Below, piece by piece: positions 34,330-41,539 of a stretch of DNA of 41,539 nt. Position 1 is the first letter of the stretch. Every line of letters begins with the position of its first letter. The DNA is taken from positions 1 to 41,539 of IMG/VR virus record IMGVR_UViG_3300048589_000132. One strand, written 5' to 3'. The notes below the pieces were generated by a model. The model was given only the letters and a program-made list of their open reading frames with translations. It ran no database searches and was not told the DNA's origin. Source of the DNA: a virus (lineage: Duplodnaviria; Caudoviricetes). The translations under genes were made by a program, and so were the position numbers.

Positions 34330-34979
34330 ATCCCGATAATACTGTCGGCTGGTTTGAACTTCGGTAACTCTCCTACGTTGGGCTTACCAACAACAGCCTC
34401 TGCATCCTGATACATTTGCCAAGCTATTGCTAGAGACATCACAAGATCATCATGCGCACCCTCTTCAGCCTGTGCTTTCCACATCGTGGCCGTGGGTACC
34501 ACGACAAAGCTATACAACTCCTCAATGGTAAACTTGTCATATATTCGAAGTATCTTTTGATCTATTGCTTCTTTGAGTCCTGAAAGCATGGCGGGTCTTG
34601 TGGCACTGCTTGTAGTCCAACCGAATTTGACTTGATCTGGAGGGTCGGTTCTTCCGATATTGGGTTGTTTATATATCTGATACTTGTTAAGTCGGTTCAT
34701 GGCCGCAAGTCTCTCCATCTCAAACACTCCACCTGCGTTTCGTTCATAAGCTACTAGCGGTTTAATCCCCGTAATGTCGTGTATCTGTTCTAAGACTGGA
34801 AACAATGAATTTGTCATCTCTACTGCCGTAATCTTTGCATGATAAACAAGTGGTACATCAATGTTTGTCTTTGATAGAAACTGCACAGCACAGTAGTCAC
34901 CCATACCTGCACTGGTATCAGCAGCGACTACAATGAACTCATTCGGTTCTATATCGCGATATTGCCTAAAACTATCCAT
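34326..34979 (-). CDS. terL: Terminase large subunit, C-terminal RNase H-like nuclease half
   Basis: VVAADTSAG.GDY, AYERNAGG, FGWTTSSATRP, AEEGAHDDLVMSLAIA; ATG at 34979 overlaps the HNH stop. Confidence 0.85.
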   Translation of the reverse strand: MDSFRQYRDIEPNEFIVVAADTSAGMGDYCAVQFLSKTNIDVPLVYHAKITAVEMTNSLFPVLEQIHDITGIKPLVAYERNAGGVFEMERLAAMNRLNKYQIYKQPNIGRTDPPDQVKFGWTTSSATRPAMLSGLKEAIDQKILRIYDKFTIEELYSFVVVPTATMWKAQAEEGAHDDLVMSLAIAWQMYQDAEAVVGKPNVGELPKFKPADSIIGI

Positions 34980-35415
34980 ACCTTTTAAGAATCTTTTTTG
35001 CCCAAGAAACCGCATCTTCTGTGCGTATACCCCTAACAGGAGCACCAACCCACAACTCCAAGTTTTCCAGTCTATTGTCGTCTCTTATTCCATTAAGATG
35101 ATGGATTGTTTCGTCGGCGTGTAACTTTCGACCCAGATGTTGCTCCATCACAAGACGGTGCTCCAAGATTGTTTTGCGACTACCCAAGTTAATTACTCTA
35201 TATCCCTCGACATTCACATACCCACCCTTCCAACTCCTGTGCAGTTTCCCCTTGTGGCACAACTTACACAAACCACTTTTATTTCTTGACTTCCCCCCCT
35301 CGTTTCTACCCAGATTTTCACCACACGAACTGCATTTCCCATAAACACCTGCACGCACCCTTCTCAATCTCCATCCTCTAATATAATTCCTTCTAGTCTC
35401 TTGGTTTTTATACAT
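34972..35415 (-). CDS. HNH homing endonuclease between the terminase halves
   Basis: WKGG, EHRLVMEQHLGRKL..DETIHHLNGIRDDNRLENLELW; N-terminal CxxC...CxxC; ATG at 35415. Confidence 0.88.
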   Translation of the reverse strand: MYKNQETRRNYIRGWRLRRVRAGVYGKCSSCGENLGRNEGGKSRNKSGLCKLCHKGKLHRSWKGGYVNVEGYRVINLGSRKTILEHRLVMEQHLGRKLHADETIHHLNGIRDDNRLENLELWVGAPVRGIRTEDAVSWAKKILKRYG

Positions 35416-36208
35416 AAAGATTTCCCCCCACAATTGGTTCTCTCGTGTTCTGACTGTAATGCTCTAGTGCTTCGGCATTAAAATACATTGAACCACTTGT
35501 TAAAAACGCTTGTTGAGGAGTGTCGGGGTATTCCTGCGGGTAGAGCCTTCCTAATTGTTGACGTTTGTCGTTTAAGAAGTCTGTATCATAGAAATCACTT
35601 GCCCTGTAGAAGTTGGATTTGAATCCTCTCTCGCCTTTGACGCACTCATCCCAGAATGTCTTGAAGAAGTTGAATCCATTGGCGGTAGTTTCGATGATTA
35701 CTCTACCGTCTGGCACGACTGCCTGCATAGCTCCTGCGAACAACTTTTCTGGATTCTTGTAGAAGGCAAACTCTGATAAGTGAAGGTTGTTTATTGTCTT
35801 CGATCTCCCAAACTCCGAGTTATCGGCAGTTCCTATCGTGTATCGACTGCCGTTAGACTCATTTGCCAACTCATACTTACTGTTGTACTTGAGAGGAATC
35901 TTGACGTTATTCTTGTATTCGTAGCTCTTAATATAGAACTTAACCCGATCAAGTAATTCCATAGCGTTGTCGGCTATGTCCGCAACTATCACACTTCGAG
36001 TGTTTGGTTTTAAAATGAAGTCAGTAGTAAACAGTGCGAGGATGAGAGAGCTGAACCCTTGCTGCCTTGCTTTAAGCACGACGTCCCTACCTGTGTAATC
36101 TTCGAGTAGATATTTAGTTTGAACGGGGTTTAATCTAAAGGGAATAATGGATGAGGTCTTATCTACAATGTCGAACTGGTCTTCGATAAATGCTTTATAT
36201 CCTTTCAT
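35408..36208 (-). CDS. terL: Terminase large subunit, N-terminal ATPase half
   Basis: LNPVQ, VLKARQQGFSS Walker A, GRSKTINNLHLSEFAF Walker B, IIETTANGFN, QEYP..P.QAF. Confidence 0.88.
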   Translation of the reverse strand: MKGYKAFIEDQFDIVDKTSSIIPFRLNPVQTKYLLEDYTGRDVVLKARQQGFSSLILALFTTDFILKPNTRSVIVADIADNAMELLDRVKFYIKSYEYKNNVKIPLKYNSKYELANESNGSRYTIGTADNSEFGRSKTINNLHLSEFAFYKNPEKLFAGAMQAVVPDGRVIIETTANGFNFFKTFWDECVKGERGFKSNFYRASDFYDTDFLNDKRQQLGRLYPQEYPDTPQQAFLTSGSMYFNAEALEHYSQNTREPIVGGNLYV

Positions 36209-36666
36209 ATATCATATTTCTTTCTCTGCTCCTGTATGGCTACATTAAACACCATCTGGTTGTTTACTGTCTGTTGTCCCTTAAGTCCGAAGTCCTCGCG
36301 TATCATCTCTCCTGCTTTTAGTTGTGTCTGATAGTCTGGCACTTCGATAAAGTCATCAGTCTGAGAGTCTGCGTCTTTACTTGTGATCCTTGCACTAACT
36401 GGTTTGGTAGCATCTAGCCACTCTGCATATTTCTTTGCAAGCTTGTCTTCGGTTATGCCTGTTCCCCTTAGTGTTTCCTTCCATTCTTCGAGTGCATTCT
36501 CCACTCCCCGAGAATCGACCAACTTTTGCTTTGGGTGTGAACTAGTTATTTCCGAATAACCTGCGGAAATCATTGCCTTACCCAGTGGCATGTCTGGATT
36601 GTCTCTCAGTATCTCAAGTGTTCTCCTCTGGAGCTTTGTGGGTTTCACCTTATTTTTCTTGGGCAT
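36205..36666 (-). CDS. terS: Terminase small subunit
   Basis: AMISAGYS HTH motif, PDYQTQLKA, directly upstream of terL. Confidence 0.7.
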   Translation of the reverse strand: MPKKNKVKPTKLQRRTLEILRDNPDMPLGKAMISAGYSEITSSHPKQKLVDSRGVENALEEWKETLRGTGITEDKLAKKYAEWLDATKPVSARITSKDADSQTDDFIEVPDYQTQLKAGEMIREDFGLKGQQTVNNQMVFNVAIQEQRKKYDI

Positions 36667-36678
36667 TGTAATTGTCCG

Positions 36679-36708
36679 AGTCTAACATTTCTCTCTGTGT
36701 TGTTTCAA
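36679..36708 (-). promoter_or_regulatory. Promoter upstream of the packaging operon
   Basis: TTGAAA(36703-08)-18 bp-TGtTAGACT(36679-84). Confidence 0.45.
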
Positions 36709-37484
36709 CTCTTGCGTACTAACAACTCCCCACAAGGTACGTGCATTAAGAATGGTTCATCCTTCTTACCATATCTGACCTTTAGTCCACAAGCGGGACA
36801 CTCGTATTTAATTAGAGTGCTTGAGCCTGGTCTCTCGCGACCTTCCCTATCTGCAAAGAATTTAAACCAATCAAAATCGTTTGGTTCGCCTCTTGGTACG
36901 TCGGGCGGTGGTTTCAGTCCCCATTCGGTAAACAAAATACCCACAGGTGAATCCGCGCCAGCCACTGCAAAGTGCGCTCCGTCGCTGTCGCATTGAAGTC
37001 CAATACTTGCTAGTTTGCCCGTAAACTCGGCATTATGTGTAACCTTTGATTTTCTTGTGAATGGGTCTTTGCCTTTGAGTTGTTGCCAGTGGTGGCCAAG
37101 TTCATGCACTAAAGTTTCATATTTAGCCCACTGCCCATACCTCCACTCCTTGCCATTCTCTCCATCAATGTAGTGCTGTTCGTTGAAATCTATGCGGAAG
37201 GGTAGTCCCACTGCGTCTGGTATCAATCGGTATGCGGCGAGTGTGTTCTTGTTCCGTAGACTTGTTACGCCAAACACTACCTCGGGTAATTCTTCATATC
37301 CTTGGATGTCTGAATAGAATCTCCTCATTACCTCTTTGGATCGGTCATAGAATCTCTGCACCTCGTGGGCATAACTCCACTCTGAGTTTTCCTCAGCTAC
37401 CTTGCGCATTTCCTCGGCCGGCGTGTATGCTGGCTTTAAAATTCCGCTTTTAGTTATCTGTACTCCCCTCTCCATATCTTTCAA
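36705..37484 (-). CDS. SprT-like zinc metalloprotease
   Basis: TLVHELGHHWQ (HExxH), HNAEF, C-terminal YECPACG. Confidence 0.78.
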   Translation of the reverse strand: MKDMERGVQITKSGILKPAYTPAEEMRKVAEENSEWSYAHEVQRFYDRSKEVMRRFYSDIQGYEELPEVVFGVTSLRNKNTLAAYRLIPDAVGLPFRIDFNEQHYIDGENGKEWRYGQWAKYETLVHELGHHWQQLKGKDPFTRKSKVTHNAEFTGKLASIGLQCDSDGAHFAVAGADSPVGILFTEWGLKPPPDVPRGEPNDFDWFKFFADREGRERPGSSTLIKYECPACGLKVRYGKKDEPFLMHVPCGELLVRKS

Positions 37485-37743
37485 TTAGCTTAGCTACATC
37501 AGATAGTGCTTTGTTGTATCCCATGATTAACATGACTTGCTCCTGTCTTGCGATGGGATTGGGTATTTGATTTAGAGTGCAGTAGTCGACCCTGAGGTCT
37601 CCTATCTGCTCAAGTATTCCTTTGTCGGATTCTGGGGGTTCGGGGGTTCGTACCTGCACATTGAATGGACATTGATCGCAAAGTACCTTTCCCTCGTCTG
37701 TGTTGACTGGGTACTCTTTCGCCATGTCCCAAAAGATGCTCAT
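37450..37743 (-). CDS. Hypothetical protein
   Basis: ATGA-coupled ORF; GYNKALSDV motif common in small phage proteins. Confidence 0.55.
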   Translation of the reverse strand: MSIFWDMAKEYPVNTDEGKVLCDQCPFNVQVRTPEPPESDKGILEQIGDLRVDYCTLNQIPNPIARQEQVMLIMGYNKALSDVAKLIERYGEGSTDN

Positions 37744-38018
37744 TTCTTAACTTTTAAAGTCAGATGTAATTTTTCATTATACTCCGCGCCTGTCGAGACG
37801 AGTTCTCGGATCTTCTCGCCTAGTTCGTCATTGGATAGATGCTTAAGAGGGATTCCGCGTATAACTCCGCGTTCTTCGATGTAGAGATAATCTTTGGTCA
37901 AAAAATACTTCATAAAAGTTGTTTGATTAGTTCTTGATAGTCTGACACTTTGCGCTTCGTGATCAGGTTGCGTCTCGAGTCTAAGTAATCTTTTCTTTCG
38001 GGGTATTTTGCTTCCCAC
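37740..38018 (-). CDS. Hypothetical protein (true start probably the internal MKYFLT)
   Basis: Internal ATG overlaps the NinG-like stop. Confidence 0.45.
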   Translation of the reverse strand: MGSKIPRKKRLLRLETQPDHEAQSVRLSRTNQTTFMKYFLTKDYLYIEERGVIRGIPLKHLSNDELGEKIRELVSTGAEYNEKLHLTLKVKK

Positions 38019-38251
38019 CAGTGGGTGAACAAGTCTGGATTATTATGTGCCCACCTATGACAACCAGCGCACAAACAAAGCACATTCTTCAAATCAAATC
38101 TAAGTGTGTGATTCGACCTTCCGACTATATGAGCGCACTGCAATTGAACTCCGTTTGATCTGTCGCACCTTTCACACTTGCCCTTTGATCGGACAATTTC
38201 ACTTACCAACTTATCGGCTTTATTTTTGAGTCTTGTTTTGGTTAGTATCAT
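37910..38251 (-). CDS. NinG/Rap-like HNH-fold nuclease
   Basis: KADKLVSEIVR..CERC...QCAHIVGR...LRFDLKNVLCLCAGCH. Confidence 0.8.
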   Translation of the reverse strand: MILTKTRLKNKADKLVSEIVRSKGKCERCDRSNGVQLQCAHIVGRSNHTLRFDLKNVLCLCAGCHRWAHNNPDLFTHWWEAKYPERKDYLDSRRNLITKRKVSDYQELIKQLL

Positions 38252-38402
38252 TCTGTTTTAGTTTCTTTACCTGGTACTGACCATCCAGCTTACACCTCTT
38301 ACTACAGTACTTGGTGCCTTTCATTGCCAAAGTAATGTACTTTCCACAGATCGCACAATAACGTGTAGTGGTTGTATATTTCCAATGGTCACTTGACATC
38401 AA
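38220..38402 (-). CDS. Small zinc-finger protein
   Basis: CAICGK...KYCSKRCK. Confidence 0.6.
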   Translation of the reverse strand: MMSSDHWKYTTTTRYCAICGKYITLAMKGTKYCSKRCKLDGQYQVKKLKQNDTNQNKTQK

Positions 38403-38657
38403 ATATTTTCTTGGCTTCCTCTACAATGTCTGGCTTCTTATCTGTCTCTGCTCCCTCTACATATTCTATAACGGCTGTCAAAAACTTGTCTCGGATCATC
38501 GGCCACTTTGCCATAGCCTGAGATGGTTTGTATTCCATTAGTGCCTTTGCCGACTTTAAAATGTATTCAGATTGCTGCATAAAGTGCTCTCAATATCAAT
38601 CCAAACAACACCCCATAAAACACTGCCAAGAATAATTTGACCATCCAGCTTACACCT
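38278..38657. repeat. Exact 20-bp direct repeat, two copies 360 bp apart
   Basis: TGACCATCCAGCTTACACCT at 38278-38297 and 38638-38657. Confidence 0.9.
38389..38580 (-). CDS. Hypothetical protein
   Basis: ORF overlapping neighbours in the early operon. Confidence 0.55.
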   Translation of the reverse strand: MQQSEYILKSAKALMEYKPSQAMAKWPMIRDKFLTAVIEYVEGAETDKKPDIVEEAKKIFDVK

Positions 38658-38692
38658 TCCCATGTCTTTTGATTGTGTTCTTCAAGGTTCAT
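38567..38692 (-). CDS. 41-aa single-TM peptide (not in the ORF track)
   Basis: Translated by hand: MNLEEHNQKTWEGVSWMVKLFLAVFYGVLFGLILRALYAAI; ATGA overlap with the upstream stop; fills the gap. Confidence 0.6.
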   Translation of the reverse strand: MNLEEHNQKTWEGVSWMVKLFLAVFYGVLFGLILRALYAAI

Positions 38693-39030
38693 TTCTTTTT
38701 GTTCCAACAAGTTCTAATTCCCATCCCGTATTCTGGATCGTAGATGATAGATGCTTTCATCCCACATCTCCTACAAGTATGCTTATCCTTCTCTCCACAA
38801 CCAATCCATCTATGTTTACCGTATAAGAAACAATCAACCATGGGTCTCACTATCTCGTCTTGAATCCTTCCATCGATTAGATACCATTCACGGACAATGA
38901 GTTTCTCCAACAGCTCGGCTTTCTCTTGTTCGTCTTTTGTCCTATTTATGGGAACGACTTGGATTTTTGGGGTGATGCTGGAACAAGCCTCAATCAACTT
39001 CTCTATTTGTGTGGATAATTTCTTCTTCAT
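38689..39030 (-). CDS. Hypothetical protein with a portal-like segment and Zn-ribbon
   Basis: PKIQVVP...DEQEKAELLEKLIVREW...DCFLYG, then H-x4-C...CRRCG. Confidence 0.55.
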   Translation of the reverse strand: MKKKLSTQIEKLIEACSSITPKIQVVPINRTKDEQEKAELLEKLIVREWYLIDGRIQDEIVRPMVDCFLYGKHRWIGCGEKDKHTCRRCGMKASIIYDPEYGMGIRTCWNKKK

Positions 39031-39476
39031 ATCAGCATTGTTTGATTTCCCTCGGTCTTCGGTATCAGATAATCAAGTTTCTCATTCCAGTAAACATCGT
39101 GGTCGAGCATGTCCTTGATGGTCACTTTCTCGGCACTCCTTGCTACCAAATGGTTGTTGTAGACCTTGACCCATTTGTGAATCGGCTCACCCCTAAGAAA
39201 AGAAGCTCCTCGGCGAGTAAGTAGCCATCTGCCCGAATTAACCTGTCCTGCTACTCTAACCTTTGCAATAAGCCCGAAATATCGGAGCTTTTGCGCATTG
39301 TTGTATTGGTTCTTTGTTAGGTTCATGTCCTTTTGTAGGTGGATGTCGTTCTTTTGGGACATAAACACCGCAAGGGCAAACTTCTCTAGGGTCTGGACCA
39401 GGCCAAGACTTAGAGACTCCTTTCGGGGTTCAAGTGTGTGACCGCAATAAGGGCAATTGTGTTTCATATCTGCCAA
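39027..39476 (-). CDS. Zn-ribbon plus winged-helix-like protein
   Basis: CPYCG; KLRYFGLI...GRWLLTRRGASFLRG. Confidence 0.6.
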   Translation of the reverse strand: MADMKHNCPYCGHTLEPRKESLSLGLVQTLEKFALAVFMSQKNDIHLQKDMNLTKNQYNNAQKLRYFGLIAKVRVAGQVNSGRWLLTRRGASFLRGEPIHKWVKVYNNHLVARSAEKVTIKDMLDHDVYWNEKLDYLIPKTEGNQTMLI

Positions 39477-39934
39477 AATGATTTATCACCAATAACATAG
39501 CTACAAGTCCATGCTGAGAAGGTATTACCTCGTCTTTGATATATCTTGTAAGCCACGTCTGTATTGAAATAAGGGTCTGCCAGTTGTTCATGTGTGTAGC
39601 CGTGAATACTGTTGACCTGCCATAAACCGAAGTCACTTGAGCCGTTACTATTCCAGTTGATCGCTTCGGGATTCATTGTTTTGTTTTCGCACTCCCTTAA
39701 CATCTTGATTCCTCGTTCTGCATCATCTCCGAATACCTGATATATGTAAGCTTCGACGGGATCGCTTGGTGTTGGAGTCGGTTCTTCTTTGGCTTCCACT
39801 TCTACAACTATTGGATTTGGATTCTCGAAACTGATTGTGTGTGTGGTGTTTAAAAAATACTTTCCGAACACAGGAAACTGTACCAGCAGTATTACTACTG
39901 TGATTATTTTGGTGATTCCTTTAGTGTCTATCAT
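39464..39934 (-). CDS. Membrane-anchored lytic transglycosylase (SLT/lysozyme-like)
   Basis: N-terminal TM, catalytic CEN, NPEAIN..NGSSDFGLWQVN, DPYFN..A..IY, FSAW. Confidence 0.8.
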   Translation of the reverse strand: MIDTKGITKIITVVILLVQFPVFGKYFLNTTHTISFENPNPIVVEVEAKEEPTPTPSDPVEAYIYQVFGDDAERGIKMLRECENKTMNPEAINWNSNGSSDFGLWQVNSIHGYTHEQLADPYFNTDVAYKIYQRRGNTFSAWTCSYVIGDKSFWQI

Positions 39935-40464
39935 TCTTCTATTTGAAATCCGAGTGCGTTTAAGAAATCTTCTACTTGATCTTTCTTTAGCTTAATCGTT
40001 CCACCCTTGCCATAGAATTTTGCTTCCCAAAGGTTTGCTTCCTTAAGGTTTGCTTCCCAAAGGTTTGCTTCCCCAAGGTCTGCTCCCTTAAGGTTTGCTT
40101 CCTTAAGGTCTGCTCCCTTAAGGTTTGCTCCCTGAAGGTCTGCTCCCTTAAGGTTTGCTCCCTGAAGGTCTGCTCCCTTAAGGTTTGCTCCCTGAAGGTC
40201 TGCTCCCTTAAGGTTTGCTCCCCAAAGGTTTGCTTCCCCAAGGTCTGCTCCCTTAAGGTTTGCTCCCTGAAGGTCTGCTCCCTGAAGTGATATATCATTT
40301 TCTACTGCCTCAATCACTGCATCTTTAACATTATCTTTAGTAGACGCATAAATCTCAGCACCAGTGAATCTATTTTTGATAACATAACCAGTCTTTTCTA
40401 GTGCTTCTAGCTTTTCTTCTATCTCAGCTTTTTGTTTTAATAATTCTTCTCTAGTGTCTGTCAT
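39931..40464 (-). CDS. Pentapeptide-repeat protein
   Basis: About 18 tandem A(D/N)LxG/E repeats from a 15-nt DNA repeat at ~40020-40290; IKNRFTG N-terminal motif. Confidence 0.92.
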   Translation of the reverse strand: MTDTREELLKQKAEIEEKLEALEKTGYVIKNRFTGAEIYASTKDNVKDAVIEAVENDISLQGADLQGANLKGADLGEANLWGANLKGADLQGANLKGADLQGANLKGADLQGANLKGADLKEANLKGADLGEANLWEANLKEANLWEAKFYGKGGTIKLKKDQVEDFLNALGFQIEE

Positions 40465-40766
40465 TTTAGTTTAGGTTTGGATAGATTCTTAGCACAATAC
40501 TGATTGATTTTACACAGACTTTCGTGGTTTGATTTTGTAACACCAGACGTTTCTACTGACCTGTTATATAAAGCCATAGACATCTTCCATATTTCGCTTA
40601 AATGTTCCTCTACTACTTTGTCTACGGCTTGGGAGATGAACTCTGGTATTGATTGCCCTGACCACGAATCTCCGCCGTGCACTTGATACGCCATCTCAAG
40701 ACTAGCCAATCTTGCACCGAACTTCTCCTCAAATTCCTTTAGTATTTTGTCTTTAGTGTCTATCAT
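40461..40766 (-). CDS. Hypothetical protein (start MIDTKDK)
   Basis: ATG at 40766 overlaps the upstream TGA; ILKEFEEKF...FISQA motif. Confidence 0.6.
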   Translation of the reverse strand: MIDTKDKILKEFEEKFGARLASLEMAYQVHGGDSWSGQSIPEFISQAVDKVVEEHLSEIWKMSMALYNRSVETSGVTKSNHESLCKINQYCAKNLSKPKLK

Positions 40767-40960
40767 TTTTGTTTGGGTAGTGTGTTCAAATTCATTTCTT
40801 TCCACTTTTCATGAATCCAGTTTTTCCCGTATTGCCTGCCCAAATGGACAACAAAACGACCACCTTGGGGTCTTTTTAACATCTTGGTAAACCACTTAGG
40901 AATCGGCTCAAAATCTCCAATCTCGTCAATTATTTCTCGTTTAGTGTCTGTAATTTTCAT
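40763..40960 (-). CDS. Small protein with a terminase-like P-loop motif (start MKITDTK)
   Basis: GGAGGG RBS before ATG 40960; FVVHLGRQYGKN. Confidence 0.5.
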   Translation of the reverse strand: MKITDTKREIIDEIGDFEPIPKWFTKMLKRPQGGRFVVHLGRQYGKNWIHEKWKEMNLNTLPKQK

Positions 40961-41255
40961 AAACCCTCCTTGTACTCGGAACAAGTCTTTTAATATCCTT
41001 CGGATCGTGTACCTTATCCCCCCGTTCACTTATTGCTTCGTCTGTCCACTCGCCTGCTTCGTAAGGATTCTGTTTATAAATCGCCCAGTCCTCTACGTCT
41101 CCCCTTACTGCTACCCAAGGCTTATCCTCAGTCCCCCTAGCAAAGATTGTGTTTGGTTGCATTCGTTTTAGGTCTTTTAGTTTTAGTCTTTCCATGAGTG
41201 CTTTTGGTATCGGCTCGCCTTTATCCCGTTTAGAACATAAGCCAGCCGATTTCAA
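40941..41255 (-). CDS. Hypothetical phage protein
   Basis: WVAVRGDVEDWAIY...GDKV motif; co-oriented. Confidence 0.6.
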   Translation of the reverse strand: MKSAGLCSKRDKGEPIPKALMERLKLKDLKRMQPNTIFARGTEDKPWVAVRGDVEDWAIYKQNPYEAGEWTDEAISERGDKVHDPKDIKRLVPSTRRVYENYRH

Positions 41256-41261
41256 AAAAAC

Positions 41262-41539
41262 TCAGAACGGTACGTCTTTGTCATTCGGATCAAAGTTGTC
41301 TACCGCTTCATTGTCTTTCTCGGTCCATCCACTCGATACTTTTTCAAGTGGGTCTTTGCCCTCAAAAAGTGCTTCCAGCTTCAAGGTATCTTTGATTTCC
41401 TTCCAAGCATTTGCAACTTCCTCGTCGAGCTTCTTTGCGGGTTTAGGTTGAACACTGTAAGTTGTTGCTAAGTCCTCACCTTCTTTAATAACTACAACAT
41501 CGTAATTCTTGGGATCGCCCCAGTCCTCATCATCAAGTA
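41262..41539 (-). CDS. ssDNA-binding protein, C-terminal part (5' end outside the window)
   Basis: Translated by hand: LDDEDWGDPKNYDVVVIKEGEDLATTYSVQPKP...NFDPNDKDVPF*; the acidic tail ending in PF is an SSB hallmark. Confidence 0.7.
   Translation of the reverse strand, partial: LDDEDWGDPKNYDVVVIKEGEDLATTYSVQPKPAKKLDEEVANAWKEIKDTLKLEALFEGKDPLEKVSSGWTEKDNEAVDNFDPNDKDVPF

Larger units (their letters stand above)
151..41539 (-). mobile_element. Prophage/genomic island next to tRNA-fMet with podovirus-like gene organisation; extends beyond the right edge
   Basis: Co-oriented terminase, portal, scaffold, capsid, tail, internal virion and lysis genes beside a tRNA; no tape-measure or sheath gene seen; integrase and the other att site are not in the window. 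Confidence 0.9.

Noticed and set aside
34972-35415. Group I intron or intein in terL
   Set aside because: The HNH ORF fills the whole gap with overlapping start and stop codons, leaving no room for a ribozyme core, and the three ORFs are in different frames.
40020-40290. Possible CRISPR array
   Set aside because: Contiguous 15-nt coding repeats with no unique spacers and no cas genes.
39987-40298. 103-aa REQTL/REQTF repeat ORF
   Set aside because: Alternative-frame shadow of the 15-nt pentapeptide repeat; lies wholly inside the better-supported gene.
228-41539. Stop-codon reassignment (code 15 or 25) suggested by the split genes
   Set aside because: TAA, TAG and TGA all end well-defined genes with coupled downstream starts, and long genes are intact under code 11.

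Overview
The window begins with a host initiator tRNA-Met (79-150) that has a consensus promoter and a terminator. Almost everything after it is one minus-strand accessory/prophage region that runs off the right edge; no integrase is in view. 228-6392 is an accessory module: an interrupted HNH gene, two paralogous Cys-rich proteins, a ~300-nt highly structured non-coding stretch, a winged-helix protein, a VirD4/TraD-like ATPase with a Replic_Relax-like protein, and a divergent membrane-tethered HTH protein. ~6400-41539 is a temperate phage with a podovirus-like layout. It carries lysis genes (holin-like proteins, CHAP endolysin), tail and internal virion genes, a BstXI-like restriction-modification pair, two free-standing HNH genes, a glycosyltransferase cluster, GroES, major capsid, scaffold and portal genes, a split large terminase, a small terminase, and small early genes ending in a partial SSB. 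The strongest unexplained signal is a repeated cis-element in front of four structural operons, with degenerate copies elsewhere: promoter, then a small hairpin with a 3x2 internal loop (RAW/CA), then an overlapping intrinsic terminator, then an ATG with no Shine-Dalgarno. This looks like a protein-dependent RNA antitermination switch for late genes, and a YezD/DUF2292-like mini-protein is one candidate factor. All product calls come from recognising motifs by eye; no database searches or folding programs were run.
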